Shown here: in pieces, positions 23,001-56,576 of the stretch
How positions within the stretch are numbered: the stretch's first letter is position 1
Layout of the letters: every line of letters starts with the position of its first letter
Origin: Mesotaenium endlicherianum
Taxonomy: Eukaryota
Assembly (NCBI GenBank): GCA_009602735.1
Contig: WELA01002336.1
Coordinates: forward strand, 326,268-383,562
Direction: 5' to 3'
Length of the DNA stretch: 57,295 nt
Made by a program: the position numbers and the translations under genes
Notes under the pieces: generated by a model
The model's input: the letters and a program-made list of their open reading frames with translations, nothing else
What the model was told of the DNA's origin: nothing
Database searches by the model: none

Positions 23001-25095
23001 TCCTACAACCACAAGTTCCAGGCTGTTGGCCTAGGTGGGTGCTCGCTGCCCACACCCGTGCCCCTCACCTCCTCCTTTCCTTCTTCGATCTGCTGCCTGC
23101 AAGATGGGTGTGTGTGTGTGTGTTTGGGCAGTGGGAAGTGGACAGTAGAGCTTCTAGATCCACTTCAGATTTCCCGCAATGGGGTGTTCTTTTCTGCCAC
23201 ACACACACCACACACACACACACACACACGCACGCGTACGCGCGCGCACATACACACGGAGAGAAGGGGGGNNNNNNNNNNNNNNNNNNNNNNNNNNNNN
23301 NNNNNNNNNNNNNNNNNNNNNNNNNNNNNNNNNNNNNNNNNNNNNNNNNNNNNNNNNNNNNNNNNNNNNNNNNNNNNNNNNNNNNNNNNNNNNNNNNNNN
23401 NNNNNNNNNNNNNNNNACAGGAGAGGTGGAGGCTGGGTGGGAGAAGGGGAGGGGGGGGGGGTGGTTTGAGGAAGGAAGAGAGAGGGGGGGTGAGGAACCT
23501 TATTTTGCAATGATAAGGTACTTCAGTGCACGGGCAAGGCGGGGGTGGGAGGAGAGGGGAAGCATGAATGTAACTTTAAGATGAGATTTCTCGCGAGGAT
23601 TACAGGGCCGTTTTGACAGGGCTCTGAGCCACAGCAAAAGCTACCCGTAGCAGTAAAACCACTGTCAGTGCTAGAGGTACAGCTAATACTTGCGGTACCG
23701 TCACTCCCAGTGCTGGGGTTTTCCCGGAAGAGCTACAGCTGGTGCTGGAGCTAGAGGTACTGTTGTGTCACTGCCACGTCTGCTGCCAAAAGTAGAGCTG
23801 AGCTGAGCTGAGCTAAACTCAGCTGAGGTAAGCGTCCTTTGTTGTAGCGGGAGATTTCTGGCTGGGACTGGGGAGCGTGGTCAAAGTGTGCGTCACGTCC
23901 AAGCTGCCCCTCTTGAGCGGCTGAGAGGGATTCAGCTGGGGAGCTGTGGCTGGATTCCCGAGGCCTCCTCCTCCTCCTTCAGCCCGAAACCTGAGCCCAA
24001 AATATTAAACTTCAAATCTGCCTCTTCACTATGGGTCCTCCTGCGCTTTTTCACTTTGGGCTCCTCCAGACCACAGATTCTGGTAGGGAAACAGCAGTCA
24101 GGGTTGCGGTTGTCAAGACCTTTCCACACCTGTATTGATTAGTGTGGTCGGTTTTCAGGGTGAGCTGTGGCAGTAGTGCTGCGGCAGCTCCCGCCGCAGC
24201 GTGGGTGGTGGCAGACTCTCCGGTGCATTGCCTGGATCGAGCCGCTGCAAACCTCCCGCCGTGCGCGATGCTTCTGCCTACGTGTCAGTGGGGTGGGGGT
24301 GTATGTGCTGCCGCTGCTGTTGCATTTCCTGAGGCTGTCGCCTCTCGCCCCCTCTGTGATGCTTCTGACGACTTGTCAATGGGGCGGGGATACATGGGGT
24401 GGTGCTGCTCCTCCTGCTGCTGCTGCTGCTGGTGGTGGTGGTGGTGCAGGGTGGGCGGTGGCCGACTCGCTGGTGCACCGGCTGGCGCCCTTCTGGGTGG
24501 GCGCGCGCGGCATGGAGTTCACGTGGGACTTTCTCCTGCAGGCCGTCGAGTCCAACGCTCAGCTGGTGCGCCCCGCAAACCCACGCCCGGCTCCTTCTGA
24601 GTCTGTGCCCTACAACACAGCTTTGACCCTACCCCTACTCTCTGTTCAAGTGGCACACCGCGACGTTCTACAGACTATAACGTCGAGCTACGGTCAAACT
24701 CCTCTTTCCGCTTCTTGTGACTGAGTTACGAACCTAGCCTAAACCCAACCTGGTGCTGAGGTGGAGCCCACCTGCCTGGCTGTCAAAGCAAGCCCTCAAA
24801 GCAAAGTCAAATCTATGCCTGCGATTGCGCTGCCCCGTCGCTGAAGTCAGGCCCTGGTTCGCAGTGTCCAGTCAAGATTGTTCGTAGGCTGGCTCCCCAC
24901 CCTGAACCATGACCCCTATGTTTCCGTGTACTTCTGCCGGTGGTTTTCACTCTTGCTCTTAGAGAACCTTTCCCCACTCTTGCATACCCACGAGTGCATA
25001 TATTGCCATTGAGTAAGCTGACATGCAAAGACGACCAAGCGCAAGCGCCTTCGTCCCATACCTCACCCCGAGGAGTTGGTCCAGCCCTTTGCACC

Positions 25096-25147
<52 letters not shown>

Positions 25148-25326
25148 NNNNNNNNNNNNNNNNNNNNNNNNNNNNNNNNNNNNNNNNNNNNNNNNNNNNN
25201 NNNNNNNNNNNNNNNNNNNNNNNNNNNNNNNNNNNNNNNNNNNNNNNNNNNNNNNNNNNNNNNNNNNNNNNNNNNNNNNNNNNNNNNNNNNNNNNNNNNN
25301 NNNNNNNNNNNNNNNNNNNNNNNNNN

Positions 25327-25403
<77 letters not shown>

Positions 25404-26245
25404 GGAACCAAACTTGGGACTTCCTGAAGTTCGTAGAGGTGATTACAAATGGGCCCGCATGCAAACTCACAGTTTTCCGTGCCTCATGTGCGATCACGCT
25501 ATCACTCAAGCCCCATTTCTCTCCTATTCCGCTTTTGCGTCTGTCCCTATGGTAATGGAAGCTGGGGCACTTCCGCCGGTGGCAGTCAGCACGCCAATGT
25601 TTCCTCCCTGTCTCCTGTCTCATAATCTTAACCTACTCGCTTCATGACTTCTTACCTTTGTGTGACAGCTGGCTGGATGTTGGCTTTTCCCCCAGAAAAC
25701 GCTCGTTGCAGGACCATTGAAGAGTTCCGTGAGCCGCTGAGCCCTATCTGAATCTGACTGTGAATGTGTGAGTGCGGCCCTTGCAGGTGCTGACGATATC
25801 GCTGGCTGCGCTGGGCTCGCTGATGTGGCTGCGCAAGAACAAGCCGCCCGCTTTTGTGCCTCTGCTGTGGGCCACCTCCGCTTTCGTCGTCCTCCTGCCC
25901 TCCTTTGTCAGGTGCACTTGCGTTTGCCCCTCGAGGTTCTCACAGTCGTGGTCTTCTGCCCATTCATCGGTGCTGCCATGTAGATTTTGCCCCTGGTTGT
26001 ACTCGTTGATCTCCAAGTGACTTTTTGCTGCATATCTGTCTGCATATATGTTGCAAGTCGCACGTCTGTGTCGTCTTTTCATTGCACTCCTTGTCTGATC
26101 ATTTTGTGATGTGATGCGCAGTTATCTGAAAGCTCAGCTGCTGTGGGACTTCCCCAAAATCGTCGGGTTTGAGCTTTCTGCAGCAGCTGTTGTGGCTCTT
26201 GTGACGTGGCGGATTTTTGCCGCCTGCCAGAGGCCCTCTTTGTGA
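20099..26245 (+). CDS. TMEM147: Transmembrane protein 147 (BOS/Nicalin-NOMO complex subunit), 234 aa, 7 exons
   Basis: Exons 20099-20175, 20866-20935, 21997-22074, 22920-23034, 24450-24565, 25787-25911 and 26122-26245. Peptides MPILHAFNCAALAFGPHAVYYKATPL, DVAGLYYALTQVTYRNISYNHKFQAVGLGWAVADSLVHRLAPFWVGARGMEFTW, ISLAALGSLMWLRKNKP and FPKIVGFE...CQRPSL closely match plant TMEM147. Confidence 0.95.
21052..21238. repeat. About 66-bp minisatellite, roughly 3 diverged copies, in TMEM147 intron 2
   Basis: Recurring gccag...gtgcatgggagccttt..agga....gtggctgt blocks. Confidence 0.8.
24190..24235 (+). pseudogene. Degenerate partial duplicate of the TMEM147 exon 5 start, with its own AG acceptor
   Basis: 24200-24235 matches 24450-24485 at 28 of 36 nt (WVVADSPVHCL versus WAVADSLVHRL). 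Confidence 0.7.
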
Positions 26246-27715
26246 CTTCCATGGCAATGAGCACATGGTCTTACATGACGAGGACAGTTGGCCCATTTCA
26301 GTGCCCATCCGTTCTGAAGTGGTTGCTGGGAAGACCTCCTTTAGTTAGAATGGGGTGGACGTGTGAGCTGACGGTCAACACCAGATTGTGTTACGTGCAG
26401 CAGCATTATGGTCAGCCAGGAAGCATTTTTTGTCCTTGTCAGAATCTCAATATTTGAGAAATTACTAAGCGGGAGCTTTCTTTCTCTTGAAAGAGTGACT
26501 GCAGCTAAAATGGATGAATTTGTGCTGCTTACGGTACGCATTCTGTTTATATCATTTGTTTGTTCTCAGGGTCTCTATGCTGAAAGCAAGTCGTGTCACT
26601 TATTTCTCCGTGCTCTGATGGCTGGGTCTATGGCCTTGATTCTTGGCTAATGCAAGCACCAACAGTAGATCTTAGCACAAAAATGCGAAGAGTGTTGCAG
26701 GGCGCTCGTAGCATAACAAGTTTGAACGGCTGAAAGACTTCAGCGTGCAAGTGGATGGACTACGTTCATTGATGTTATACATCAGAAGAATATTGAGCAC
26801 AGATGGAAGTCAGAAATATTAGGAGGCAGGCATGCAGTATGACTCTCTGTAAGCAAGCCTGTGCCCACCTCCATCCTTGAACCATCGGCCATTGGGCTCA
26901 CAAAAGACTATTTACACAAAAGCAAAATGGATTGGCAAGCGACGTAAACAAGCCACAAGGACGTGTGCTCCGTAAACAATGTATGCCATAGTCAACCACT
27001 ACCTGCCTGCTGCAATCAAGAAGTTTTCAAGATACACCTGTTCTACTTCCACCTTGGAAAAGCGCCCAGCTCGAAGGGCACAGGACTAGAGTCACACTGC
27101 ATGGGGGAACCCACAAACTTGTACTAATCCTACACTGCTTTAAGTCGCCAAGTCCTTGTGATGAAGGACCCAGGGCGAGTAGCCAGTTCACCGCGGCCAG
27201 AAATCTAAGAAACATGTTAACAGTTCAAGTGGCCTAAATTGAACTAAGTGTCTACATCGCGCACCACGGCTGGAAAGTTTCATTGAGGCCACCCGACCTC
27301 AAAGAACAGATCATACGGCTATGGCTACTGTCTCTATCTTAACCACTATGCAAATTACCTCTAGCAACAACCATCGTTGGTGCTTCTGAAAGCGTCTCAC
27401 GAATTATACTACTTCCGAAGCAAGTTAGCTTCAGAAATCAGATGAAAGGTGGGACTAAGTCATCCACAAAGTAAAGTGCCCCTAGCTACCTGCTATTGCC
27501 ATCTCTGGCGTGTAGTATACTGTAGCCGTCACAGAGACCAAACCTACAGCAGATTTTTCTCCTAAGTGGGCCCCCTGCATAAATACTTCCAACTCGAGCC
27601 TTTCCCAATAACTACTTTTTCTTAAATATGGCAGATTTGAACAAACTGATCTAGCGGCAGCTCTTTCATGTAATGAGAAGGCATCTGATGGCAAAGTCAT
27701 AACTTAGGATGTGTA

Positions 27716-30700
27716 TTATCCAACCGGCAACACCAGCCTGTCAAACACGGTGCGCCGGTGTTCCTGGCAAGGCCTTCGCCTAGTCACCCCCGAACTCACG
27801 AGGCTACTATCCCTTATCTCCCCGGGCTCAGGGGAGGGGGCCTCTTCCACCTGAGCAGCAATGCCCACAGGTGGCAAGTCCTGGCGCAGGCACCTCCTTT
27901 TCGGAGAAGAATCGAAGGCAATTAACGTCTCCGGCACCGCCGGAGGCTTGAAACTCACAGCCCTGTGGGGAAGCAAAGGAAGCAAAGGGGAAAATTCATC
28001 CTGCGCCGCAGTTGCAGTGGCTGCAACGAGCCTGCGCCTTCTATCCAGGGGCTCAGCAAGCAGCTGCAGGGCAGAATCTGAGCTGGCATGGCTCCTCTTG
28101 GAATGCAATGGCTCATGTGCGAGTGTTTGCGGCTGCTTGCTGGCAGCAGGCACAACTCCCACGCCGGCTGATGTAAACTTCGCTAAGTGCACAGGCAAGG
28201 GGTTGGGCTGCAGCTCCTTCACAGCTAGGAGTGTGTATTTCCTGCTGCCGTCATGAGACCTGTCATCGCCCTCTTGCCAGGAACGACCGCGCTCTTCTGG
28301 TCTTGCAAGCTGCTCTGTATCTCTACTCAGCAAAGCATTGCTTCGGGAGCAAGTGAGCTGGACCTGCAGCTCGTTCACCATACTGTAAGCTTCATCACGC
28401 TCCTCCACCAGCTTGGCCTTCTCTGCGTGCATGGCAGCCAGGTTCTTCATACTGCTCTGCAACTGATTGGAAATAAGCACCATGCTTGCTCCCAATTCCT
28501 CCTTCTCCTCCTTCAAGCCCTTCACTTGCGCTCGAAGCTTCTTGCTGTCCATCTCAGCAGCTGCCTGCGTATCGCACGCCTTTGAGTACTTGGCCTGCAA
28601 CCTGACCAGCTCTGCTTCAGCCTGATCCTTCAAGCCCTGCTCCCGATCCTTGGCCTGATGAACTTGATCCCTAAGCTTGACGTCAGACTCCTGAACCCGG
28701 GCCTGAAGCTCCTCAGCCTCCAGCTTGCTTCGCTGCAGCTCAATCTCCAGCTTCAGTGCTCGGGCATTTGCCTGCTGCATGGCCTCCTTGCTCCCTGCCA
28801 ACCGTTTCAGAGCCTCGTCCAACCGAGTTGAGGTCCCTTGCTCTTGGATCTGCAGTTGCGCAACGCTTTCAACGTGCTGCGCCTCTTGCTCGCGCATCGC
28901 CGCCATCTCCAATTCTGCATCTCTGAGGACCTGCATCTTCCGTTTCACCTCTGCCTCTGCATTCTGCAAGTGGTGCTTGGCCTGATTAAGCTCACATCTC
29001 AGCTTTTCCTCCATCTGAGAGGCCCCGTACGCAGCAGATGCATGTTTTGACTTCTCAGTTGCAAGCTCTCCCCTAACTTGTTCCAGTTCCTGCTTCACCT
29101 GAGAGTACCTCCACACATCAGCATTGCCTTGTTCGAGAAAGTGGCATTCACTTCCGAAGCCCAGCCTCAACGCCTCACACTCATTTGTCAACTGCTGCAG
29201 ATTACGACGGGCCCCGTTCAGCTCCTGTTGCAGAGCCTGGAAATCCCTGTGCATTTCACTATTGCACTCTTCAAGAGAGCGGCACTGCCATGCAGAGCCC
29301 TCCAGCTCCACTTCCAATGCCTGACATCTACGCTTAGCTTCTTCGAGACCCCCCTCCAACACCTTGCAAGTCCTCTCAGCAGCAATTGCCTCCCTCTCCA
29401 AAGAGCGCAATTGCCTCTCGTAGTCCTCCTTCAGAATTTTCACCTTTTCTTTCGTGCCTTCTACTCTGAAGTTGGAATCGATCAGCTTCTTCTGGAGCAC
29501 CTCATTCTGCACCTGTACAGCTACTTTTTCTTCTTCAAGCACCTGGACTTTCTGATGAGACTCCGCGCTCAGCTTCTTCAACCTGCTGTGAAGCTGTTGC
29601 TCTGTATGGCTTGCCTCCTCTAGCTTCTCCAGCACCGCAAGCTTGTCTTTATCTGATTGCAGCTTCATTTCCTCGCTGCCGCTTAACATGGACTTCAATT
29701 TCGAAACTTCAAGCAAGGCTTCCTTGCACTCTGCTTTAAGCCCCCTCTTCTTGCTCTTACAGCTCTCTAGCTCTGCCTTCAAAAAGTCTTCCTGCACCTT
29801 TGCTGCAATTACTTCCGTTTCTTTCTGCCTCAACCTTCCATGAAGCCAAATATATGAAGGGTTCTTTAGCAATACCTTACAATCTACATCCTGCACTTCT
29901 TCTGATCGATTACAATCAGGAGTTGATGAAGCTGACTCGTCGAGCAAGTCGTGCTGCCTATGGTTGGCCATTGCTAAAGCGGCAGTCTGCTGAGTGCTCT
30001 CATCTACCCCCCGAGCCCCGGACGCCTTCAAAGCAGCCTTCAGGCTGGATATTTCATTATTATTTTTCTCAATGACAGCGGTGGACAATTTCCTTACATC
30101 TTCTGTCTTACACTTTTCTTGGGCTAAATCCTTTTCTAGATCAAGCTTCAACTGTCTAGTGCCCTCTAACTCAAGCCTCGTCTTGTGAAGATCCTTCTTG
30201 GCCTCCATAGCCACCTCTACTTCGCTGGCTACAATAGGGGTGGCATTCTCCTTCAATCCAATGTCCCGTTTCAGTTTTATAACCAGGATCTGCAACTCTT
30301 TGTTCTCTTTTGTAAGCGTAGCTATTTTTTCAGGCATAGCCCCAGGACAAGCTGTCCTTGACTTCCGGGCAACACTCATCGTCACAGGGTTGCTGTCATT
30401 GGGGGCCGTACTTGACTGCTCAAGACATGTGGAGCTGGCCACCTCATGCGAGGAGCCTGCAGGCTGCTGCTGCATATTGTCAAAGTGGAGGCTGGGTCTA
30501 ATATTAGAGAAAGTGTCATCAAAACGCCCAGCGCTAGAACCTAGAATCTCAGAGAAACTCTTCTTGGCTCTATTGGCAGGTGCCTGCCACGGTCTGTCTA
30601 CAACGATACAATCCTCATCTTCGTCTTCAGATGCATCTAGATCCATCTCGTCCCTCTCGTCACAGCCTCTTCCTTGATTGAGGCGGTACCAGCGTTTATT

Positions 30701-30844
30701 ACAACAATGAGGTCTCCGTTTGCATAGCAAGGGATACTCATCCATGGGGGCATTCTTACCCCACATACCAGCAGTGCCCTGATATTCACTGACGTACCTC
30801 CTAAGTTCCTCATCTTCCTCTGCAGTCCAATTCGAGTGGGACAT
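27716..30844 (-). CDS. Intronless single Myb/SANT-repeat protein with a very long coiled coil, 1042 aa
   Basis: Uninterrupted ORF; the first ATG is at 30844. N-terminus NWTAEEDEELRRYV...YPLLCKRRPHCCNKRWYRL, then more than 600 aa of E/K/Q/L heptad-like sequence and a disordered tail ending RRTVFDRL. Confidence 0.85.
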   Translation of the reverse strand: MSHSNWTAEEDEELRRYVSEYQGTAGMWGKNAPMDEYPLLCKRRPHCCNKRWYRLNQGRGCDERDEMDLDASEDEDEDCIVVDRPWQAPANRAKKSFSEILGSSAGRFDDTFSNIRPSLHFDNMQQQPAGSSHEVASSTCLEQSSTAPNDSNPVTMSVARKSRTACPGAMPEKIATLTKENKELQILVIKLKRDIGLKENATPIVASEVEVAMEAKKDLHKTRLELEGTRQLKLDLEKDLAQEKCKTEDVRKLSTAVIEKNNNEISSLKAALKASGARGVDESTQQTAALAMANHRQHDLLDESASSTPDCNRSEEVQDVDCKVLLKNPSYIWLHGRLRQKETEVIAAKVQEDFLKAELESCKSKKRGLKAECKEALLEVSKLKSMLSGSEEMKLQSDKDKLAVLEKLEEASHTEQQLHSRLKKLSAESHQKVQVLEEEKVAVQVQNEVLQKKLIDSNFRVEGTKEKVKILKEDYERQLRSLEREAIAAERTCKVLEGGLEEAKRRCQALEVELEGSAWQCRSLEECNSEMHRDFQALQQELNGARRNLQQLTNECEALRLGFGSECHFLEQGNADVWRYSQVKQELEQVRGELATEKSKHASAAYGASQMEEKLRCELNQAKHHLQNAEAEVKRKMQVLRDAELEMAAMREQEAQHVESVAQLQIQEQGTSTRLDEALKRLAGSKEAMQQANARALKLEIELQRSKLEAEELQARVQESDVKLRDQVHQAKDREQGLKDQAEAELVRLQAKYSKACDTQAAAEMDSKKLRAQVKGLKEEKEELGASMVLISNQLQSSMKNLAAMHAEKAKLVEERDEAYSMVNELQVQLTCSRSNALLSRDTEQLARPEERGRSWQEGDDRSHDGSRKYTLLAVKELQPNPLPVHLAKFTSAGVGVVPAASKQPQTLAHEPLHSKRSHASSDSALQLLAEPLDRRRRLVAATATAAQDEFSPLLPLLPHRAVSFKPPAVPETLIAFDSSPKRRCLRQDLPPVGIAAQVEEAPSPEPGEIRDSSLVSSGVTRRRPCQEHRRTVFDRLVLPVG

Positions 30845-31768
30845 CGTGAAATCTAGAGCCTCCAAGTCAAGGAATAAAGCAGTACATCAAAATGAATTGT
30901 ACAGCGTGCAGTAGCTGCTCAAATTGGTGCAGGGCGTTCCTTTCAACCCAGTCGTTTCCAAAAGCTGTACATCCGAATTTGAAGGGCCCAGAGGTTCCCG
31001 TCGACGCAAACTGACAGACTTCAAATGTATGGAATCACATTTTTAAGTGAAAGCAAGTCAACCTTGAGAACGACATGGCTGCTGTTGGGCATCCGAAGTG
31101 CAGCGACACGATGCGTGTTGCACCTGGGAACCTGGTAGAGCATGTTACAACTTAGGAGATGAGGAAGGGAATTTGGCATGCCCGCCAAGTCAATGCGGGC
31201 CGGGCTGCTCAAAGCTGCTACGTTCAGTCCTAGTGAGGGCAAGCGAGGGGCTGAGACGGGGTGACTATCGGGCGGACGTACTGCCATGGTGAAAATCGGA
31301 ACTCGACGGCAGTCCACTTCTTCTTGCTCCTTGCCAGCTTCTCCCCTTCCTATCCACGTCAAAGCGCGCGGTCCTCGTATGTCAGAGTTTCATACGGCAT
31401 AACAGCTACATTCATCCGCCTCATTTTGGCCTCATCACAACTCACGTCGCGTACGAAACAAGGTCAATTTCTCCGAATCTCACCTTCACGCCTGAGATGT
31501 CAACATGGAGTCGACGTTTCTCGTCTACACAAGGGTTGTCTGGGTAGAAGAGGCCAGCGTTTTTCCTTTTTTCGACCAGAGGTGGATTTCCACGTTCTAC
31601 TATGCCGCATGGACGCGTCATCTTTCTGCAAACAATAATATGGTGTTGTGTTTTGATGTACTCTAAAAGTTGCAAGGCAATTCACGCATGCATGCTACTT
31701 ATGCACGGAGTAAATCCTGAGTCAATCCATACATGACTTGATTCACTTTGACATGTTAACCACATTGC

Positions 31769-32313
31769 ATGGCAACTGCTCTCGCAAGAGGTTCATTGTT
31801 GGGTGGTGTTGACTTGTTTGAATTAGAAGATGTGTCAGTCACAAAATATCCTTACATAACTTGCCTCAATTCTATTAAACTAGGTCAAGAACAAAAGGCA
31901 TACTTTCTCGGCGTGAAAACCTACTACTTCATGAGAAGAAGAAGCAAGATTGACGACTATTTGGGTGTTACTAGTGTGTTGGAAGTCAACTCACACTTTA
32001 CAAATAAGCATGATAAAACCTTTGGTGAGGGCATGCATGAGTTTCTTCCAAGATAAACCTTTAGAAGTTCCTTCGTCAAGATATTCCTTACTAAGACCAC
32101 ATGAGAGCTGGAGATGGCGAAAAGACAAACCACAGGGACTCTATGCCCAACATAAGAGAGGAAAATTATTCCAATAATTCAGCATTAACATCTCCAAGGG
32201 TGATACAAACGGGGCAATCTACAACATTTCTAACACAACAACTAAATGGAAGGCCATGCAAAATATTTGAACACCTAGAAAGAGCGCTAGTTAATAACTT
32301 CTACAGCAAATAA
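31769..32313 (+). mobile_element. Possible decayed PIF/Harbinger Myb-like (NAM-associated type) ORF remnant
   Basis: AT-rich island with broken ORFs. FELEDVSVTK...IKLGQEQKAYFLGVKTYY and FTNKHDKTF...MHEFL resemble the ED...G.EQK..FW..I..YY and H.K.F..H.W pattern of Harbinger second proteins. Weak, by eye only. Confidence 0.3.
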
Positions 32314-32451
32314 GTTGAGTTGAGAAATGATAACATAGGCATGCCGGGGTTTAAGATTGTACGATCATAGATTACGCAGCCGGTCAAAAAGCAAGAGCAC
32401 TTCCACTGCAAGGCAACCCCAGGCGCTGAGAACAAAGGACCTTTTTAACAA

Positions 32452-53981
<21,530 letters not shown>

Positions 53982-54475
53982 CTTGAATATGACAAGCTTC
54001 AGAAAACAATTTTTTCTAGCATTAGCTTAAGTCCTCAGGAACCACTTCCGGCAGTAAAACTTCCGTAGCTCGTAGTAGCTAAGCGCTTCAGCTAGGAAAC
54101 AATTTCAAAAGTCGCGAATACAGTGTAAGGCTCATCATTATTAGCTCATGAAAACAAGGTTGCAAGTAGTTCTACGTGCATGCTTGGCGTCTTCTTTTGA
54201 GCTCGGAGTAGAAAAACTGTTAGAACTGGGTTCACTCCCAGTCACTATACGACCATTTTCACCCTTACGTGAAACATGTAGCCAGTCAGGATGCAGTACA
54301 GACGACTTTTTAGCTTACATGTTGAGGTGCACTTTCAGGTGCACTTCACAGTAGAAAAGGAAAAAAGGGGGATATGTATTATTGAACTGGAGCGAGCTCC
54401 GAAATAACAAGGTGGTCTGGTGGTCCGTATACTTCTAAAGTCGTAAAAGCCGGAAAATAATAGCGGAGTCAGACT

Positions 54476-54535
54476 AGCTTGGGCCAGCTTGGGCCAGCTT
54501 GGGCCAGCTTGGGGGCTAGCTTGGGCTAGCTGGTC
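54476..54535. repeat. 10-bp tandem repeat (AGCTTGGGCC), 5-6 units
   Basis: Directly visible. Confidence 0.9.
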
Positions 54536-54730
54536 TAAACGCGTAGAAAAGGGTGGACCTAAGCGTAACTTTGGTCCCATCTGGTCCAGGCACAGGTCAA
54601 TACCGCGTCGTTGACAGACCACGAGTACTAGAACGCGGACGGACAGATGCTTGTGGATGCTTGCCCATCGTAAGGTAGTAGAACGCTGCTTGAAGCACAA
54701 CTCATAACTGGACTACTTCAGACTACTTCT

Positions 54731-54800
54731 AACAGGTGATAACCAGTGATATCCCATGATAACCGGTGATTACAGGTGATAACCGGTAAATGCTAGTGAT
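54731..54800. repeat. 10-bp tandem repeat (consensus AACCGGTGAT), 7 units
   Basis: aacaggtgat aaccagtgat atcccatgat aaccggtgat tacaggtgat aaccggtaaa tgctagtgat. Confidence 0.9.
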
Positions 54801-55221
54801 TTCCAAACTGGAGCGGCGACCGTTGACCGCGGGTGACTGTGACGACTTTCATGAACATTGAGCAACACAGAGCAACATCATCCAAAATATAAAATAGGTG
54901 TTTGTGGTGTCCATGCGATCGAGTGCGACGTATTGTGACGTGCCGAATGTGATGCGCCGCGGCCGTGAGCGACGTCTTGCGAGCGTGTCAAACGTGTGGT
55001 TGGACAAAAACATATTACACGTGCGATTGACGGCGATCTCTCGCAAACAAATTGTGCAAGCTACGGGCGGCTAGAAGGCATGTTCTCCTTAACCTCAAAA
55101 AGTGGGGGCGCGCCTTCCCCTTACCTCGTCAGACGAACCTGGCCTGAGACAAGTGAGCGGCCATGGCCGGCCGTGGGAAGGCTTGGCCTCAATTCGCCTC
55201 CTCTAGAAATTTGTAGGTGTG

Positions 55222-56365
55222 TTAATGTACCACGGCCCAAACTTTAGCCAAGCACTCCCCTTCATATGCACTGTAATTCCGTTCGAAAGAGTTGTTACTA
55301 CGGCTAGCATAGGCAACAACGTATTCATGATCTTCTTCATCCTCCAGAGCAAGCACGGCATTCAATCCCAGATGACTCCAGTCCGTGTGAAGGGAAAAAG
55401 ACATACTGTAGTTTGGCTGGCGTAGAATAGGGCAGAAGAGAGGAGATCCTTCAATTTGTGAAAAGCTACCTGGCATTCACTAGTTCATTCCCAAAGTACG
55501 TCCTTTTCAAGAGTTCGTTCGAAGGAGCCGCGATTGTACTAAAATCAGGACAAAAATGACGGTAATATCTAGTGATCCCCATGAAAGCCCTTAACCTAGA
55601 CACATCAGTCGAGACTGGCAGTCGTAAAATAACATCGACTTTAACTCGTTGCTTTGTCAACCCCCCAGGCACGATGTGGTGTCCAAGGTATGAATCAAAA
55701 AGAATACTAACCTTACATTCTCCCGGGTGACACTTTAAGCTTTCAAGCATTGGAGAACTTGTTCAACGTGTCCCAAGTGTTCCTCTACATTTCGGTTGAA
55801 AATGAGCACATCATCGATGTCACAACGAGCGAAAGGTAATCCACAAAGCACTCGGTCCATGACACGCTGAAAACGGGCAGGGGCGTTCTTTAACCCAAAG
55901 GGCATGACCTTCCACTGGTACAAACGACGGTTTTCCCAAAATGCAATCTTTGGTTTATCCTTGGGATCAATAAGACGCAGGTCAAATACATTGAAGACAC
56001 TAGCATCCCCGAGGACGTCAAAGATATCCTCGGGTCCAGGCATGGGGTTAGCAATCAAGCTTAGTAACAGCATTGAGTCCCCGATAATCTCCTTACTAGC
56101 GTTTCTCGATGTAATTTCCCATTGAGTCTTTTTTAGCAGGCATGACGGTGGGTGCTGCAAAATTTGAAATGGACTCCTCAATCATGCCAGCCTTCAATAC
56201 TTCGGCAACCTTTTCACGTACAATGTCGTGTTCAACTTTAGTGTGCCGATAGTCCCGCAGAAATGCTGGTTCAGTGGTGGTAAAATCAATGGTAAACTGT
56301 GATATAGCACAAACTCCTAAGTCTTTAATCGACCTTGCAAAATATGCTTCGTTACGATTTAGCAT
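55222..56365 (-). mobile_element. Decayed Ty3/Gypsy pol fragment (RT plus partial RNase H)
   Basis: AGMIEES.S.FAAPTVMPAKKD, GDYRGLN, MPFGLKNAPARFQRVMD, DIDD (YxDD altered), YLGH, YYRHF, LHTDWS and VAYASRS...ERNYSAYEGECLA. Several stops and frameshifts; truncated within RNase H; no LTR or integrase seen. Confidence 0.95.
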
Positions 56366-56576
56366 CTAGGTGCATTTCAAGGTTTCCTCCAGATCCCACC
56401 CATCCTTAGGTTTTTGTGTGGAAGGAATCGATGAGGGATTTGCAGGCTGTAATTGCTATGCGGGAGTTCAAAATTCCAATGCAAACCCCCCTCCCCAAGC
56501 CAAAAGCATATAAGTGGTAAGTTGGAATGTGAAGGAAAGGATTGGGAATGCGAGCGTTAAGGATGAGTAAGACAAA

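Noticed and set aside
23603..24796. Imperfect inverted pair agggccgttttgacag / ctgtcaaagcaagccct resembling MITE termini
   Set aside because: Short and imperfect, no TSD, and it would enclose a conserved TMEM147 exon.
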